Program-made: the position numbers and the translations under genes
Part shown: piece by piece, positions 1 through 9,785 of the stretch
Layout of the letters: each line of letters begins with the position of its first letter
Numbering within the stretch: the first letter of the stretch is position 1
Source: a virus
Lineage: Duplodnaviria; Heunggongvirae; Uroviricota; Caudoviricetes
Strand: one strand, 5' to 3'
DNA length: 64,000 nucleotides
Virus record (IMG/VR): IMGVR_UViG_3300028887_000001
Span: 92,088-156,087 of that record
The notes under the pieces: generated by a model
What the model saw: only the letters and a program-made list of their open reading frames with translations
Told to the model about the DNA's origin: nothing
The model's database searches: none

Positions 1-5
1 GTTAG

Positions 6-785
6 TCATAACTGTAATGCTTTTAGCTGGTTTTGTAAATCTTTAAGTATTTCTGATAATGTTGGATTATCGCTGAAATCATCTGTAACAAATGGTATTG
101 CCATACCAATAGCATCTATCTGTTCTGCGCTCGGCTTCCATCTGTTTTGTGGTTTAAGAGATTTGAGCCATCTTTCTGCATACCAAAGATTACCCATATC
201 GTTTTCATCTTTGGCAATAGTCCTAGCTTGTTTTATTGCCCATAAAGCGTCACTAAGACCAATTTCATCTTCTTTACTCCAAATACGTTTCTGTTCACCT
301 TGTTTTTCAAAAGGAATAAAATGTTTACAAACAACTGGGTCTTCTAAATATACAGAATGCCCATAAGAAACTTCAAATTCCGCTCTATCGTGTTTAGATA
401 AACATTTATATATGTTACCTACTTCAAATAATAACTTACCATCAGGCGTTCCATCAAACATCCTATTAACACATTTATATAAACCAGGAAGAACATCAAA
501 ATTATTTATTTCTTTATCTTTACCTTGCTTTTCAAGCCAAGCAAGAATATTAGCAACGGATTCTCCATGCCACTTGCCTAACTTATCTTTGTTAAGATAT
601 AGTGCTTTAAAAGTATTATGTAAAAATTTCCTTATCTTTTCATCCTCACTTTCTTTGAGTTCAGGAAATGCCTTTTCAAGAGACATGGTTATGTGTAATG
701 CATCAGTACTTGACATATACTTCATAGAATTGTATAGTTCTTGCATATTAGCAAGAGCCTCTTTGTATTTCTCTTTGTAATCCAT
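6..785 (-). CDS. MDYEKKYKE-family modular accessory protein
   Basis: 259-aa ORF with MDYKEKYKEAL, FPELKESEDEKIRK, WLEKQG, WSKEDE, WLKSLK and WKPSAEQ modules shared with paralogs in this window. Confidence 0.85.
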   Translation of the reverse strand: MDYKEKYKEALANMQELYNSMKYMSSTDALHITMSLEKAFPELKESEDEKIRKFLHNTFKALYLNKDKLGKWHGESVANILAWLEKQGKDKEINNFDVLPGLYKCVNRMFDGTPDGKLLFEVGNIYKCLSKHDRAEFEVSYGHSVYLEDPVVCKHFIPFEKQGEQKRIWSKEDEIGLSDALWAIKQARTIAKDENDMGNLWYAERWLKSLKPQNRWKPSAEQIDAIGMAIPFVTDDFSDNPTLSEILKDLQNQLKALQL

Positions 786-793
786 AATTGTTT

Positions 794-1003
794 TTAATTA
801 AAACCTCTTGTTTCAAAATCAATGCCAATATTACCATTCTCTTGGACAACACATGACTCATGTAAATTTTCAACATTATTTGTTAATGCCAGTTCAATCC
901 ATGAATCCTTGATTTCTTGTGGAATGTTCTTGTTTGTGTGGATATTTGGCATCATTTGCATTATCCACTCTTTATAATTTTCGAACCAATAATCTATCAA
1001 CAT
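794..1003 (-). CDS. hypothetical protein
   Basis: 69-aa ORF, co-directional and tightly packed in the array. Confidence 0.65.
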   Translation of the reverse strand: MLIDYWFENYKEWIMQMMPNIHTNKNIPQEIKDSWIELALTNNVENLHESCVVQENGNIGIDFETRGFN

Positions 1004-1010
1004 GATTAAT

Positions 1011-1454
1011 TTAATTTTTATTTATTTCACTTCTTAATTTATCAATTTCTTTTTGCAATTCATTAATCTTACGGTTCTTTTCCTGAATGTCTTGTTTCCT
1101 CTCTTCAATATACATGGCAGTTCTATTGAGCGTTTCTGCAAGCCTTATTGCATATTCCCTAAGAGTTTCTTCCTCATATTTGTCTGCTTGGAAATAATTG
1201 CTCTCATATCCAGACCATTCCTGACTAATCGATGTGTATCCTTCTTCCCTTAATGATTGAAGATATTTGATTGTAACATTTATATCTTCGGAAAAGAGTT
1301 TATCTACGTCAATAATGCGGTAATGATTGACTATCAACCTACGAAATACCTTTTTATTTTCTTGCAATGCCAAATCAATTGCTTCGTCAAGGTATTCTAG
1401 ATAATCTGAATCAACCCAATCTTTAACAAGTTCTTTAATTTCTTCTTTTTCCAT
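1011..1454 (-). CDS. hypothetical protein with C-terminal coiled coil
   Basis: Start revised to ATG at 1454 (MEKEEIKEL), just after the stop of 1459-1899; the longer start in the track overlaps that gene. Confidence 0.75.
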   Translation of the reverse strand: MEKEEIKELVKDWVDSDYLEYLDEAIDLALQENKKVFRRLIVNHYRIIDVDKLFSEDINVTIKYLQSLREEGYTSISQEWSGYESNYFQADKYEEETLREYAIRLAETLNRTAMYIEERKQDIQEKNRKINELQKEIDKLRSEINKN

Positions 1455-1458
1455 AGTC

Positions 1459-1899
1459 TTATTGGTTTGAAAAATGTGCAATATCAAAACAAATGTGAAC
1501 CCAATAATTGTCGCCATTATAACCCATTTCGAAATTGAATCCACCACTGAAAGTTGAGAAATGTTCTGTTCCAAGTTCAATGATATTGTATAGTCCATGT
1601 TTGAAGAAATGTGTACGAAGCCTATCAATCATTTCTTCCTTTGTTGGTATGGCACAATTATCAAAACTAAGCCTTCCACCCATATACCACTCCCAGTTGT
1701 TATCATGCATGAATTTGGTGATATTATCCCAATTCAAAGACTTGATTTCATCCTCAAACTCTTCTGTGAATTTCTTCATCATATTGAGTTTTCTACCAAT
1801 TTCAAGCTCTCTGCAATACTCATCATCAATAACCTCATTTAGCTTCTTAATGTCGTCTTGGCGAAGCCGTGTCCATGTTGAATTAATTTCGTAGCCCAT
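1459..1899 (-). CDS. hypothetical protein
   Basis: 146-aa ORF directly downstream of a TAnnTTTG promoter. Confidence 0.8.
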   Translation of the reverse strand: MGYEINSTWTRLRQDDIKKLNEVIDDEYCRELEIGRKLNMMKKFTEEFEDEIKSLNWDNITKFMHDNNWEWYMGGRLSFDNCAIPTKEEMIDRLRTHFFKHGLYNIIELGTEHFSTFSGGFNFEMGYNGDNYWVHICFDIAHFSNQ

Positions 1900-1935
1900 A
1901 ATATAAATTTTAACTTGTTGTTTTTAAATCTGGCA

Positions 1936-1967
1936 CAAAGGTATGACAATTTTACTATATAACCAAA
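1936..1967 (-). promoter_or_regulatory. Bacteroidota-type housekeeping promoter
   Basis: Minus strand TACCTTTG (-7 box, 1936-1943) with TTTG (1964-1967) and a 20-nt spacer. Confidence 0.75.
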
Positions 1968-1986
1968 CAAATAAGGTTAAAAATTG

Positions 1987-2889
1987 TTAATTGTTTGATA
2001 TATTAAGTTTTTTGAGTGTGTCAACAATGCCTCTTTTATATGCGATAACCTTACTGTTTGTGAAGTCATCACCAAGTTCAATGGCATATGCCTTGCACAT
2101 TTCATCCATATCAATTTCACCATTGTTTGGCTTGCATAACTTTACAACTTTCATCAAATCCTCATCCCAAACATAGCCATTTTCATTAATCCTTTTAAAA
2201 AGGAGTTCTATTTCACACTCTAATGCTGGGCGGTAATGTTCGTTTATGTTTCCAATTATTTTATTTGATGATGATACCTCGAATGCAGAGCCAGTTAAAT
2301 AATCACACCTACAGTGGTACATGACATTATCATTTCCATTAAATTCCTCAAACAAACCCTTATAAATGAACACCCAATCACCTTTCACAATAACATCACC
2401 ATCCTTTGCATCTTCGATAGTCCAAAGATGATAATTTTCATCAATAAATGAGATAGATAGTGCGTCACCTTCAGTAAAAATATACATGCCATCTTCTATT
2501 GAAGCAATTTGTATAGGAAGACACACATTGTTAACAACCCAATCACCAACCTTAAACTTTGGTTCAACCTTATACCCGTCAGTCTCAGAATATGTAATTA
2601 CTTCACCATTCTCTGTCTCGTAAACTTGAGGTTCTTCTTGTTCACCTTGCTTTTCAAGCCAAGCAATCCAAGATTGAATTTGAGGACATTTATTTCCTGT
2701 CCGAATATATGGTTTAGCTTGATTCTTACAATGCTCCAAAAGTTCTTTCCTTATCTTTTCATCCTCACTCTCTTTGAGTTCAGGAAAATGAACATCCGCC
2801 CAATTCTGAATGCCCTCATCAGATGGGTTTATTTGAATTAGTTCTTTTACTGCTTTTAAAGATTCTTTATACAATTTTTCGTAATCCAT
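1987..2889 (-). CDS. MDYEKKYKE-family modular accessory protein
   Basis: MDYEKLYKE, FPELKESEDEKIRK, VEPKFKVGDW and LWTIEDAKDGDV modules. Confidence 0.85.
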   Translation of the reverse strand: MDYEKLYKESLKAVKELIQINPSDEGIQNWADVHFPELKESEDEKIRKELLEHCKNQAKPYIRTGNKCPQIQSWIAWLEKQGEQEEPQVYETENGEVITYSETDGYKVEPKFKVGDWVVNNVCLPIQIASIEDGMYIFTEGDALSISFIDENYHLWTIEDAKDGDVIVKGDWVFIYKGLFEEFNGNDNVMYHCRCDYLTGSAFEVSSSNKIIGNINEHYRPALECEIELLFKRINENGYVWDEDLMKVVKLCKPNNGEIDMDEMCKAYAIELGDDFTNSKVIAYKRGIVDTLKKLNISNN

Positions 2890-2892
2890 AAT

Positions 2893-3144
2893 TTATTCCT
2901 CCATTACTTTTCGTAGGTCTTTTATAATATCATCCGAAACATAACTTTCATCCGTAAGTTCCTCCCCTTGGTATATGGGAAAAGCATAATCGTTTTTGTG
3001 TTCTTGTAGCCACTTACAAGCCTTCTCAATAAAGGCATCAGTTTGAGTATATTCAATACCACTACCATGTTCAAATCCAATAATTTCAGTAACTCCTCTG
3101 AAAGGATGATTTATCTTTACATATATTTTTTCTGGTGCTTTCAT
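2893..3144 (-). CDS. MxAPEKIY-family small protein, copy 1
   Basis: First ~42 aa nearly identical to 10086-10289. Confidence 0.8.
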   Translation of the reverse strand: MKAPEKIYVKINHPFRGVTEIIGFEHGSGIEYTQTDAFIEKACKWLQEHKNDYAFPIYQGEELTDESYVSDDIIKDLRKVMEE

Positions 3145-3147
3145 AAC

Positions 3148-4116
3148 TTATTCTCCTTTTATTCTATCTTTAAGTGATTTGAGCCAATTTTCCTTATCGT
3201 TTAATTCATTTAAATCAAATCTATATTTATCATAAAGCTCATTTAGATACTCAATAATTTCTCTAATTCTCTCTTCATCCTCTTCACTCCAAGCAGGATT
3301 TACCTTTTCGCCATTCATCATCTTAGTGAAACAATAGTCTATTTCAGACTTGCCTTCATCAATCACGCATTTTGACAACTTTTTCTTTTCAGTATCCCAT
3401 TCATATCCTGCTTCTTTCATCTTTTGGAATAAAAGGTCACATTGTTCTTTGATAGCTGGTTCTAATTGATTGTTCTCTGTGTTACCCCAGTAATTTAAAT
3501 CTTTTTGAACAATAAAGTCTTCCCGATAGCAATCATAATAACAGTGATAATCTATAACGTCATCCCATTCCGTATTACCAATTCCTCTAAACATAAGGAT
3601 TACGCCTCTTTTACTTCCCACAAGTACATCACCATTCTTTGCATCTTGGATTGTCCAAGGTTTATACAATGTTTCAATAGAGCAACGTGATAGTCGATAA
3701 GAACCACTATTAAGAGTTGTTACTTCATATGCATACTCAAGTACTTTATTGATATGTAGAATTCCACCATCTTGTGTATCTATAATCCATTGTCCAGCTT
3801 TAAACTTTGGCTCGACCATATCAGCAGGTTTCTGCTCACCATATAGATAGTTGTGTAGGTTATCTACTTCTTTTTTGGATTTCATCTCACCCTGTTTTTC
3901 AAGCCAACCAAGCCATTTCTCCTTTTCAACACTTTCATTATCATCTAATGTAACATTGATGTAATTAGAAATGCTTTTTCTTATCCTATCGTCCTCACTC
4001 TCTTTGAGTTCTGGGAAGATATATTCCATCCACCCCACAACTGCTGTACTATCACAAGTTTCTTTCAGTTTCTTTGCTCTTTCAAGAGACTCTTCATACT
4101 TCTTTTTGTAGTCCAT
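3148..4116 (-). CDS. MDYEKKYKE-family modular accessory protein
   Basis: 322 aa; MDYKKKYEE, VEPKFKAGQW, WTIQDAKNGDVL, EIDYCFTKMM, AWSEEDE and WLKSLKDRIKGE. Confidence 0.85.
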   Translation of the reverse strand: MDYKKKYEESLERAKKLKETCDSTAVVGWMEYIFPELKESEDDRIRKSISNYINVTLDDNESVEKEKWLGWLEKQGEMKSKKEVDNLHNYLYGEQKPADMVEPKFKAGQWIIDTQDGGILHINKVLEYAYEVTTLNSGSYRLSRCSIETLYKPWTIQDAKNGDVLVGSKRGVILMFRGIGNTEWDDVIDYHCYYDCYREDFIVQKDLNYWGNTENNQLEPAIKEQCDLLFQKMKEAGYEWDTEKKKLSKCVIDEGKSEIDYCFTKMMNGEKVNPAWSEEDEERIREIIEYLNELYDKYRFDLNELNDKENWLKSLKDRIKGE

Positions 4117-4117
4117 A

Positions 4118-5134
4118 TTATTCCTCCCTTAATTTCTTTATGTCATTGTAAAGTGAAGTTAATATTTTGGCATCCGAATGTTCATTTATATCTATTAGAA
4201 CATTTATTGCCCTACATAAACTTTCAATTTGTTCATCACTTGGCTTCCATCTAATTTGTGGCTTATTTCCAAACAATTCTATATGTTTTTTCTTAAATTT
4301 CTCTACATATTCAGGATGCTCTTCAAGGAAATCATCTACTGCCATCATTAGGTTTTCCATTTCCAAATCATCAACACTATACTCGTCAAGAAGCTGTTTT
4401 AATGCACCCTCAGGTTCTTTCTTTGGAACTATACCCTTCTCATTTACACAAACTACCTTATCTTCATCAGTATCGTTAATCTTCTCACCTAACATCATTT
4501 TAGTGAAACAGTAATCTATTTCTTCCTTTCCCTCATCAACAATGTGTTCTACAGGCTTGTCATACAACGCTTCCTTTGCTTCTGCTGATACCATTCTTTG
4601 TGGCTTTAGAGATTTGAGCCATAATAATGCTTTATTATAAAATTCTTTAGCAAGTTCATTACAACCCTTATCTATTTCTTGTTCTCTTAAACCTTCCCAA
4701 GCCATAATTATTTGTTCAAGTAAAGTTTCATCTTCCTCACTCCACTCTTGTTTAGGTTGTGATTTAAGAGATTTGAGCCAATTTATAACATTGAGGTAGT
4801 ACTGTTCATTGGACTCATGTGAATTACCATTTAATTTATCTTGATAATCTTGTTGTATATTAAACAATATATCCTCATCCCAGTTACTCCACTCAACAGG
4901 CTTCTGCTTTTCAAGCCAAGTAGCCCACCTTTGATAATCCGCCTTTTGATTGACAACAGTGTCACCATGACTGCATTTTATACAAAAATCATACAGCTCC
5001 TTCCGTATCTTCTCATCCTCGCTCTCTTGGAGTTCAGGGAAAATATACTCAAGGTTTTCCCTTGTTATATCTCCGCACTCCCACAATTGAGTTGCCCTAT
5101 CAATTTCTTCTTTATGTTTCTTTTCGTAGTCCAT
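4118..5134 (-). CDS. MDYEKKYKE-family modular accessory protein
   Basis: Start revised to ATG at 5134 (MDYEKKHKE) after the junction motif; carries TVVNQ-DYQRWA, QRMVSAE and EIDYCFTKMM modules. Confidence 0.85.
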   Translation of the reverse strand: MDYEKKHKEEIDRATQLWECGDITRENLEYIFPELQESEDEKIRKELYDFCIKCSHGDTVVNQKADYQRWATWLEKQKPVEWSNWDEDILFNIQQDYQDKLNGNSHESNEQYYLNVINWLKSLKSQPKQEWSEEDETLLEQIIMAWEGLREQEIDKGCNELAKEFYNKALLWLKSLKPQRMVSAEAKEALYDKPVEHIVDEGKEEIDYCFTKMMLGEKINDTDEDKVVCVNEKGIVPKKEPEGALKQLLDEYSVDDLEMENLMMAVDDFLEEHPEYVEKFKKKHIELFGNKPQIRWKPSDEQIESLCRAINVLIDINEHSDAKILTSLYNDIKKLREE

Positions 5135-5154
5135 AGTTATTCCTCCTTTAACAA

Positions 5155-5358
5155 TTACCATTTATATTTATCTTTATCATCTTGAAGAATGTCTATTGCA
5201 GCATTAACATATCTCCAAGCATTTTTCCACATTTTATTTCCACCTGCATCATTACAAACTGTTTGATGTTCCATTCGCAGATGTAATGTTTTTAATTCTT
5301 GTAAGATAGCATTTTGTTCAACTAACATTGCTTCTTTGTATTTCTTTTCGTAGTCCAT
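5155..5358 (-). CDS. short MDYEKKYKE-family protein
   Basis: 67 aa; family N-terminus fused to an unrelated short body. Confidence 0.75.
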   Translation of the reverse strand: MDYEKKYKEAMLVEQNAILQELKTLHLRMEHQTVCNDAGGNKMWKNAWRYVNAAIDILQDDKDKYKW

Positions 5359-5360
5359 AA

Positions 5361-5462
5361 TTACAAATTATTTAATTTATCTTCAATTTTACCTAAATGA
5401 AATAGGATAAAACATAGTAAAGTAAATATTCCACCAAGTACACCAAAACATAAAGCATCCAT
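5361..5462 (-). CDS. 33-aa membrane peptide, copy 1
   Basis: Translated by hand: MDALCFGVLGGIFTLLCFILFHLGKIEDKLNNL; near-identical copy at 11298-11414; follows the junction motif. Confidence 0.75.
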   Translation of the reverse strand: MDALCFGVLGGIFTLLCFILFHLGKIEDKLNNL

Positions 5463-5463
5463 A

Positions 5464-5856
5464 TTATTCTCCTTTCTTCTTATACATATCCTCAGGTGCT
5501 TCTAAAGCAAGACCTTTTTCAATTAGACCTCTTACATCAAAATTCTTTGAAAGATACCAATCGTTTACAAGAGTAGTAGCAGATTGCCCTTCAACATCTT
5601 GTGTATCTACAATAAGCCTGTGCCATTTTTTCTTTTCTTCCTCAGTCATACTTGACATTGGACGAAGATATGGTTTAACTTCTTCAATAAGTGGTGAAGG
5701 GCCTGTGAATGACATAAAAGGTTTAACTAAGGTTACACGACCAAAACCAATACTTATTATGTTATAGTCGTAACCATTATATCGTACTAATAAATCATTG
5801 TAAGGTAACCTTGCACAAATATCTTTCAATAGTAAATCTTTTTCTTCTTCATTCAT
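5464..5856 (-). CDS. ARLPY-family protein, copy 1
   Basis: MNEEEKDLLLKDICARLPY...PYLRPMSSMTEEE...GLALEAPEDMYKKKGE; paralog of 12902-13291; start revised to 5856. Confidence 0.8.
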   Translation of the reverse strand: MNEEEKDLLLKDICARLPYNDLLVRYNGYDYNIISIGFGRVTLVKPFMSFTGPSPLIEEVKPYLRPMSSMTEEEKKKWHRLIVDTQDVEGQSATTLVNDWYLSKNFDVRGLIEKGLALEAPEDMYKKKGE

Positions 5857-6007
5857 GTTCTTCAATATAATTTAAAAGTTTATTTACAAATTTATCTACA
5901 CTTTCACATTTGTATGTGGTTTCTACATATGTGCCAGTCCAATCTGTATTAGTATGAAGATTGTTCTCACAAAATTCCTTTATTAGTTCTTTATCTTCTT
6001 GTGTCAT
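5849..6007 (-). CDS. 52-aa hypothetical protein
   Basis: Translated by hand (MTQEDKELIKEFCENNLH...IEEHE); fills the gap, follows the junction motif, and its stop overlaps the next start. Confidence 0.65.
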   Translation of the reverse strand: MTQEDKELIKEFCENNLHTNTDWTGTYVETTYKCESVDKFVNKLLNYIEEHE

Positions 6008-6010
6008 AGT

Positions 6011-6406
6011 TTATTCTCCTTTCATTCTATCTTTAAGTGATTTAAGCCAATCAATGTTTTTTATAAAAGGCTGTTCAAAGTCAAGAGCATAAGGAAAAGG
6101 TTTCTTTAGACAAATAATAGTATCATCTATCATTTCTTCATCCTCTTCACTCCAAGCAGGTTTCTTCTCACCTTGTTTTTCAAGCCATGCAGCCCACCTT
6201 TGATAATCAGTCTGTTGGTTGACAACAGTTTCGCCGCGACTACACTTTATACAAAAATCATACAACTCTTTTCTTGCTTTATCATCCTTGCTTTCTTTGA
6301 GTTCAGGGAAAAGTTGTTCCATTATCTGCTTAACATTGCTGTTACCACATTTGTGCATAACATTTGCATTGTCAAGTGCCTCTTTGTATTTCTTTTCGTA
6401 GTCCAT
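6011..6406 (-). CDS. MDYEKKYKE-family modular accessory protein
   Basis: 131 aa; HKCGN module shared with 10292, TVVNQ-DYQRWA shared with 4118, ends WLKSLKDRMKGE. Confidence 0.85.
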   Translation of the reverse strand: MDYEKKYKEALDNANVMHKCGNSNVKQIMEQLFPELKESKDDKARKELYDFCIKCSRGETVVNQQTDYQRWAAWLEKQGEKKPAWSEEDEEMIDDTIICLKKPFPYALDFEQPFIKNIDWLKSLKDRMKGE

Positions 6407-6408
6407 AG

Positions 6409-7035
6409 TTATTCCTCCTTTACAATTATTATTTTTACTTTATCACCATCTTGAAATTTCAAACCTGCAATATTAAATCCAAGTGTATCAAAGTATAAAA
6501 ATTTACCTATTGCATCATCAGAAATAAAACCATCAATAGCATCTTTCAGCATCTGCTCTTTCTGCCAATTCGCAAAGTGACTTGCCATAATATGAAAATC
6601 TTCAAATAAAACATGTCCAAGTTCTTTTGAAGAGTTAACATAATATTTTTCAATTTCATTTTCCAAGTCCAAATTTTCAGGTGTATTATACAATGCTTCT
6701 TTTACTTCAGCAGAAATCATCCTTTGGGATTTTGGTTCTTTTTTCAAGTCCTCACTTATAGCAACTCTTTCAAGTTGAGAAACATTAAACTTTGTACCAT
6801 CTTCATTGGTTACAATCTTATCTCCTTCTTGAATGCAAGATGCAAAATCCTTTTGTGGAATAGTTGCATGTTCATAGTCAAAAGGTTCTTCTTCAAGAGA
6901 GTTAATGAAAGATAATGTATTTTTGTATGCTTGTACCAATCCTACTATTGCAGATGCAGGAGTGTCATTTAGACATTCTTTCCCTTCCTTTATCCTACTA
7001 TTAAGATAATCTTTAATCTGTTCTACTTGTGTCAT
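6409..7035 (-). CDS. hypothetical array protein
   Basis: 208 aa; shares QRMISAEVKEALY with 4118; ends IVKEE at the junction motif. Confidence 0.8.
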   Translation of the reverse strand: MTQVEQIKDYLNSRIKEGKECLNDTPASAIVGLVQAYKNTLSFINSLEEEPFDYEHATIPQKDFASCIQEGDKIVTNEDGTKFNVSQLERVAISEDLKKEPKSQRMISAEVKEALYNTPENLDLENEIEKYYVNSSKELGHVLFEDFHIMASHFANWQKEQMLKDAIDGFISDDAIGKFLYFDTLGFNIAGLKFQDGDKVKIIIVKEE

Positions 7036-7385
7036 AGTAACCCGTCTTTATGCAATTTCTCAATAAGTTCCACACACGCATCTACTGAATTGTCTGCATC
7101 TGCTCCACCAAGATAGGCATAACCTACTCCGTCTATTTTCTTATGTGCAGATACTACATAAGTTGTATCATCAAAATTTTCTACTACTACATTAGGTATC
7201 ACTTCAAGCAATGCTGCAAGACTCCAACAAGGAATATCTGATTCTTTATTAAAGTCACCATCCTCCATTGCTTCTACATAGTATACTTTTCCACCATACC
7301 ACCAATACATATCAGCAGTGTTAACATCAATCCCAAGTTCCATAAGTTTCTTGGATTGTTCAATAGATGTACATATCTTGTTCAT
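7032..7385 (-). CDS. MNKICTS-family protein, copy 1
   Basis: N-terminal MNKICTSIEQSKKLMELGxDVNTADM shared with the adjacent gene. Confidence 0.8.
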   Translation of the reverse strand: MNKICTSIEQSKKLMELGIDVNTADMYWWYGGKVYYVEAMEDGDFNKESDIPCWSLAALLEVIPNVVVENFDDTTYVVSAHKKIDGVGYAYLGGADADNSVDACVELIEKLHKDGLL

Positions 7386-7388
7386 AGA

Positions 7389-7802
7389 TTATTCTCCTTT
7401 CTCTATATAACCATTTTCTAGAAGCCAACAAACCATTTCAAAACAGGCATCTATTGGGCACTCTGTCGTGATATTAGGTAGTTCAGTATTAACTCCATAT
7501 CCAATCTCATCATACCATATGGCGAAGTCTTTTTCACCAATGTCAATTCGCAGAACATTGAAGTCTTTTATATGTTTCGGAATAATTCTAAGCAATGCAG
7601 AAAGACTCCAAGCAGGAAGGTATTGAATATTGCATTCTTTAACTCTGTTAAATGGAAAACATAAAGGAATTTTATCAAATCCAACATTGCTCATAGAGTC
7701 AATATCCATTGTTGGCTGATATATCATATCCGCAGTGTTAACATCAAGCCCAAGTTCCATAAGTTTCTTGGATTGTTCAATGGATGTACAAATTTTATTC
7801 AT
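7389..7802 (-). CDS. MNKICTS-family protein, copy 2
   Basis: Tandem paralog; both have a PxWSLxALL motif; ends KGE. Confidence 0.8.
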   Translation of the reverse strand: MNKICTSIEQSKKLMELGLDVNTADMIYQPTMDIDSMSNVGFDKIPLCFPFNRVKECNIQYLPAWSLSALLRIIPKHIKDFNVLRIDIGEKDFAIWYDEIGYGVNTELPNITTECPIDACFEMVCWLLENGYIEKGE

Positions 7803-7805
7803 AAC

Positions 7806-8162
7806 TTATTCTCCTTTCTGTGCTTTAAGGCCAATTAAGCCTAATACTTTTTCAATCACATTTGCTGAAAACTTGATTGCTGCCCTGTGGTGCATAAAAT
7901 TACCGCTTGTCATTCTATCAGCAGTATCTTTAATATCATCAAGGTGAGAATAGACTTCTTCAAAAAGGTCATTATCCAAGTCCACCTCTTTCACTTCAAG
8001 GGCATTGATGAATTGGAGAATATCTAATAGCTTTCGATACTTTCCTTTTGCAATTAAATATGCTTCATAACTTTCAACTGAAGGGTTATCAAAAGCCTCT
8101 TCATAATACATTATCTTTTCCTCTATCTCTGCTACTAAAGCGTCTTTATCTATTAGTTTCAT
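7806..8162 (-). CDS. MKLID-family protein
   Basis: MKLIDKDALVAEI start, EVKEVDL module, GLKAQKGE end. Confidence 0.8.
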   Translation of the reverse strand: MKLIDKDALVAEIEEKIMYYEEAFDNPSVESYEAYLIAKGKYRKLLDILQFINALEVKEVDLDNDLFEEVYSHLDDIKDTADRMTSGNFMHHRAAIKFSANVIEKVLGLIGLKAQKGE

Positions 8163-8611
8163 AGTTTATTCTCCCTTACAATATCCATTTTTTGCCTTTC
8201 CTCAGGACTCATTTCAAATAAGCCTTTAAGATGTTGCGCTCCCCAAGCAGCCCATAATAATGAAAGTTTTTCAAATAATATTGCTTGTGTTGGATGCATT
8301 CCCCAATATTTAAGTCCAAATATCTGCTGACATGTATTTAGAAAATTTTTGTAATCGTGAAGATATTGTCCTTTTAATGTGGGCATTATGGGGAATTTTT
8401 TATTAAAAATATCAATATGACACTTAACGCATTCTCTATCTACATCTGTTTCTAAGTCAACATCTTTTACTTCAAGGGTGTCGAGAAAAGATTTTATATG
8501 GTTGCAAAACCATCTTTTTCCCAATACCTCATCTGTAAAAGGTTCATAGTTTGTTTCGTGTTCAATTCTCTGTATCTCCGCTACTAAAGCGTCTTTGTCA
8601 ATCAGTTTCAT
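8159..8611 (-). CDS. MKLID-family protein
   Basis: MKLIDKDALVAEI start, LEVKDVDLE module. Confidence 0.8.
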   Translation of the reverse strand: MKLIDKDALVAEIQRIEHETNYEPFTDEVLGKRWFCNHIKSFLDTLEVKDVDLETDVDRECVKCHIDIFNKKFPIMPTLKGQYLHDYKNFLNTCQQIFGLKYWGMHPTQAILFEKLSLLWAAWGAQHLKGLFEMSPEERQKMDIVRENKL

Positions 8612-8626
8612 ATTATTTACTTTTAC

Positions 8627-8941
8627 TTAAAACTTTAAGTTCATAAACTCTATTTCTTCTTTCGTATACCAATGTTCAAGTTTTAATGGTCTTAATGAAA
8701 ATACCATAGATTCATAAGAATGCTTTGAAAGTATTTCATCCTTCATCATATCTAATTGTTCAAATTCTTCATGTCGTTGATGAAGTTCTTCATCATCTTT
8801 AAGACTATCAAGAAAACTTGTTAAAACATTATAACACTTGTCGGTAACCTCTCTTCTAAAAGCATAAACTTTATTATTGCGCCATAGTACATAATTGGCG
8901 ATTACTAATGCTGCTACTAAAATCACAAACAATATTTCCAT
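8627..8941 (-). CDS. membrane-anchored hypothetical protein
   Basis: 104 aa with a hydrophobic N-terminal helix. Confidence 0.75.
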   Translation of the reverse strand: MEILFVILVAALVIANYVLWRNNKVYAFRREVTDKCYNVLTSFLDSLKDDEELHQRHEEFEQLDMMKDEILSKHSYESMVFSLRPLKLEHWYTKEEIEFMNLKF

Positions 8942-8943
8942 AA

Positions 8944-9051
8944 CTATTCCTCTACTTTAATTATTTCACCTACAGATTTGTTCTCATAGGTTCTCTTAAA
9001 CCACTTTGATTGAACTAACTTCTTGTAGAACTCTTTAAAATTCTTTTTCAT
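8944..9051 (-). CDS. 35-aa basic peptide
   Basis: Translated by hand: MKKNFKEFYKKLVQSKWFKRTYENKSVGEIIKVEE, ending at a junction-motif variant. Confidence 0.55.
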   Translation of the reverse strand: MKKNFKEFYKKLVQSKWFKRTYENKSVGEIIKVEE

Positions 9052-9053
9052 AT

Positions 9054-9188
9054 TCAAAGATATTTTCTTAAAAATTTATAATACCAGTTATCTTTATTGG
9101 TGTGAATAACTTCCCATGCAGTTACACGGTGAAATAATATTATTAAACAAAGTAATAAAATAATAATAAATAAAATTAAAAATTTCAT
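9054..9188 (-). CDS. 44-aa membrane peptide
   Basis: Translated by hand: MKFLILFIIILLLCLIILFHR...; ATG follows the junction motif. Confidence 0.55.
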   Translation of the reverse strand: MKFLILFIIILLLCLIILFHRVTAWEVIHTNKDNWYYKFLRKYL

Positions 9189-9190
9189 AA

Positions 9191-9541
9191 CTATTCTCCT
9201 TTCTGTGCTTTTAATCCAAGTTCAAAGAATTTCTCTGCTGTATATGTCACATCTTTCTTAATAAGTTCAATATCTGTAGTTGGAAACTTGACATCTAAGC
9301 ACTCTTTAAGATGTGTTTCTATTTCCTTCTCCAAGTCCACCTCTGGCACTTTAATATTTTCAAGAACATAACTAATAGTCTGTTGTGTATTAACCATTAA
9401 AGTTTCCATTTGCCAATGTGCAGCAGCAATACCATTATCATCACGTCTACCTCTTGCTACAACTAAGTCACTAATACAACTATCTATATCATTATATAGT
9501 TTCTTTAATTCATTTATATGGTCTTTGTCAATCAATTTCAT
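9191..9541 (-). CDS. MKLID-family protein
   Basis: MKLIDKD start, VPEVDLE module, FFELGLKAQKGE end. Confidence 0.8.
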   Translation of the reverse strand: MKLIDKDHINELKKLYNDIDSCISDLVVARGRRDDNGIAAAHWQMETLMVNTQQTISYVLENIKVPEVDLEKEIETHLKECLDVKFPTTDIELIKKDVTYTAEKFFELGLKAQKGE

Positions 9542-9773
9542 AATCGTTATAGTTTAAGTCTTCATCTGTTATATCGCCATTTTCTTCAAAAACCAACTGG
9601 TAGTCTTGGTATCGCCAAACAAACTCACAGTAAGCATCCTTTTCCTCATCTTTCCATGATTGTGGTACAGCAAGTTCACACAATGCTCTTTCCGCTTCAT
9701 AATATCTTCCGCAAGCCTTAATAAGTTTTTCTTGTACTTTTTGTTTTATAGATTCTCTGTCAATTAGTTTCAT
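9528..9773 (-). CDS. MKLID-family protein
   Basis: MKLIDRE start, 81 aa. Confidence 0.7.
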   Translation of the reverse strand: MKLIDRESIKQKVQEKLIKACGRYYEAERALCELAVPQSWKDEEKDAYCEFVWRYQDYQLVFEENGDITDEDLNYNDYEID

Positions 9774-9785
9774 ATTATTTTTAAT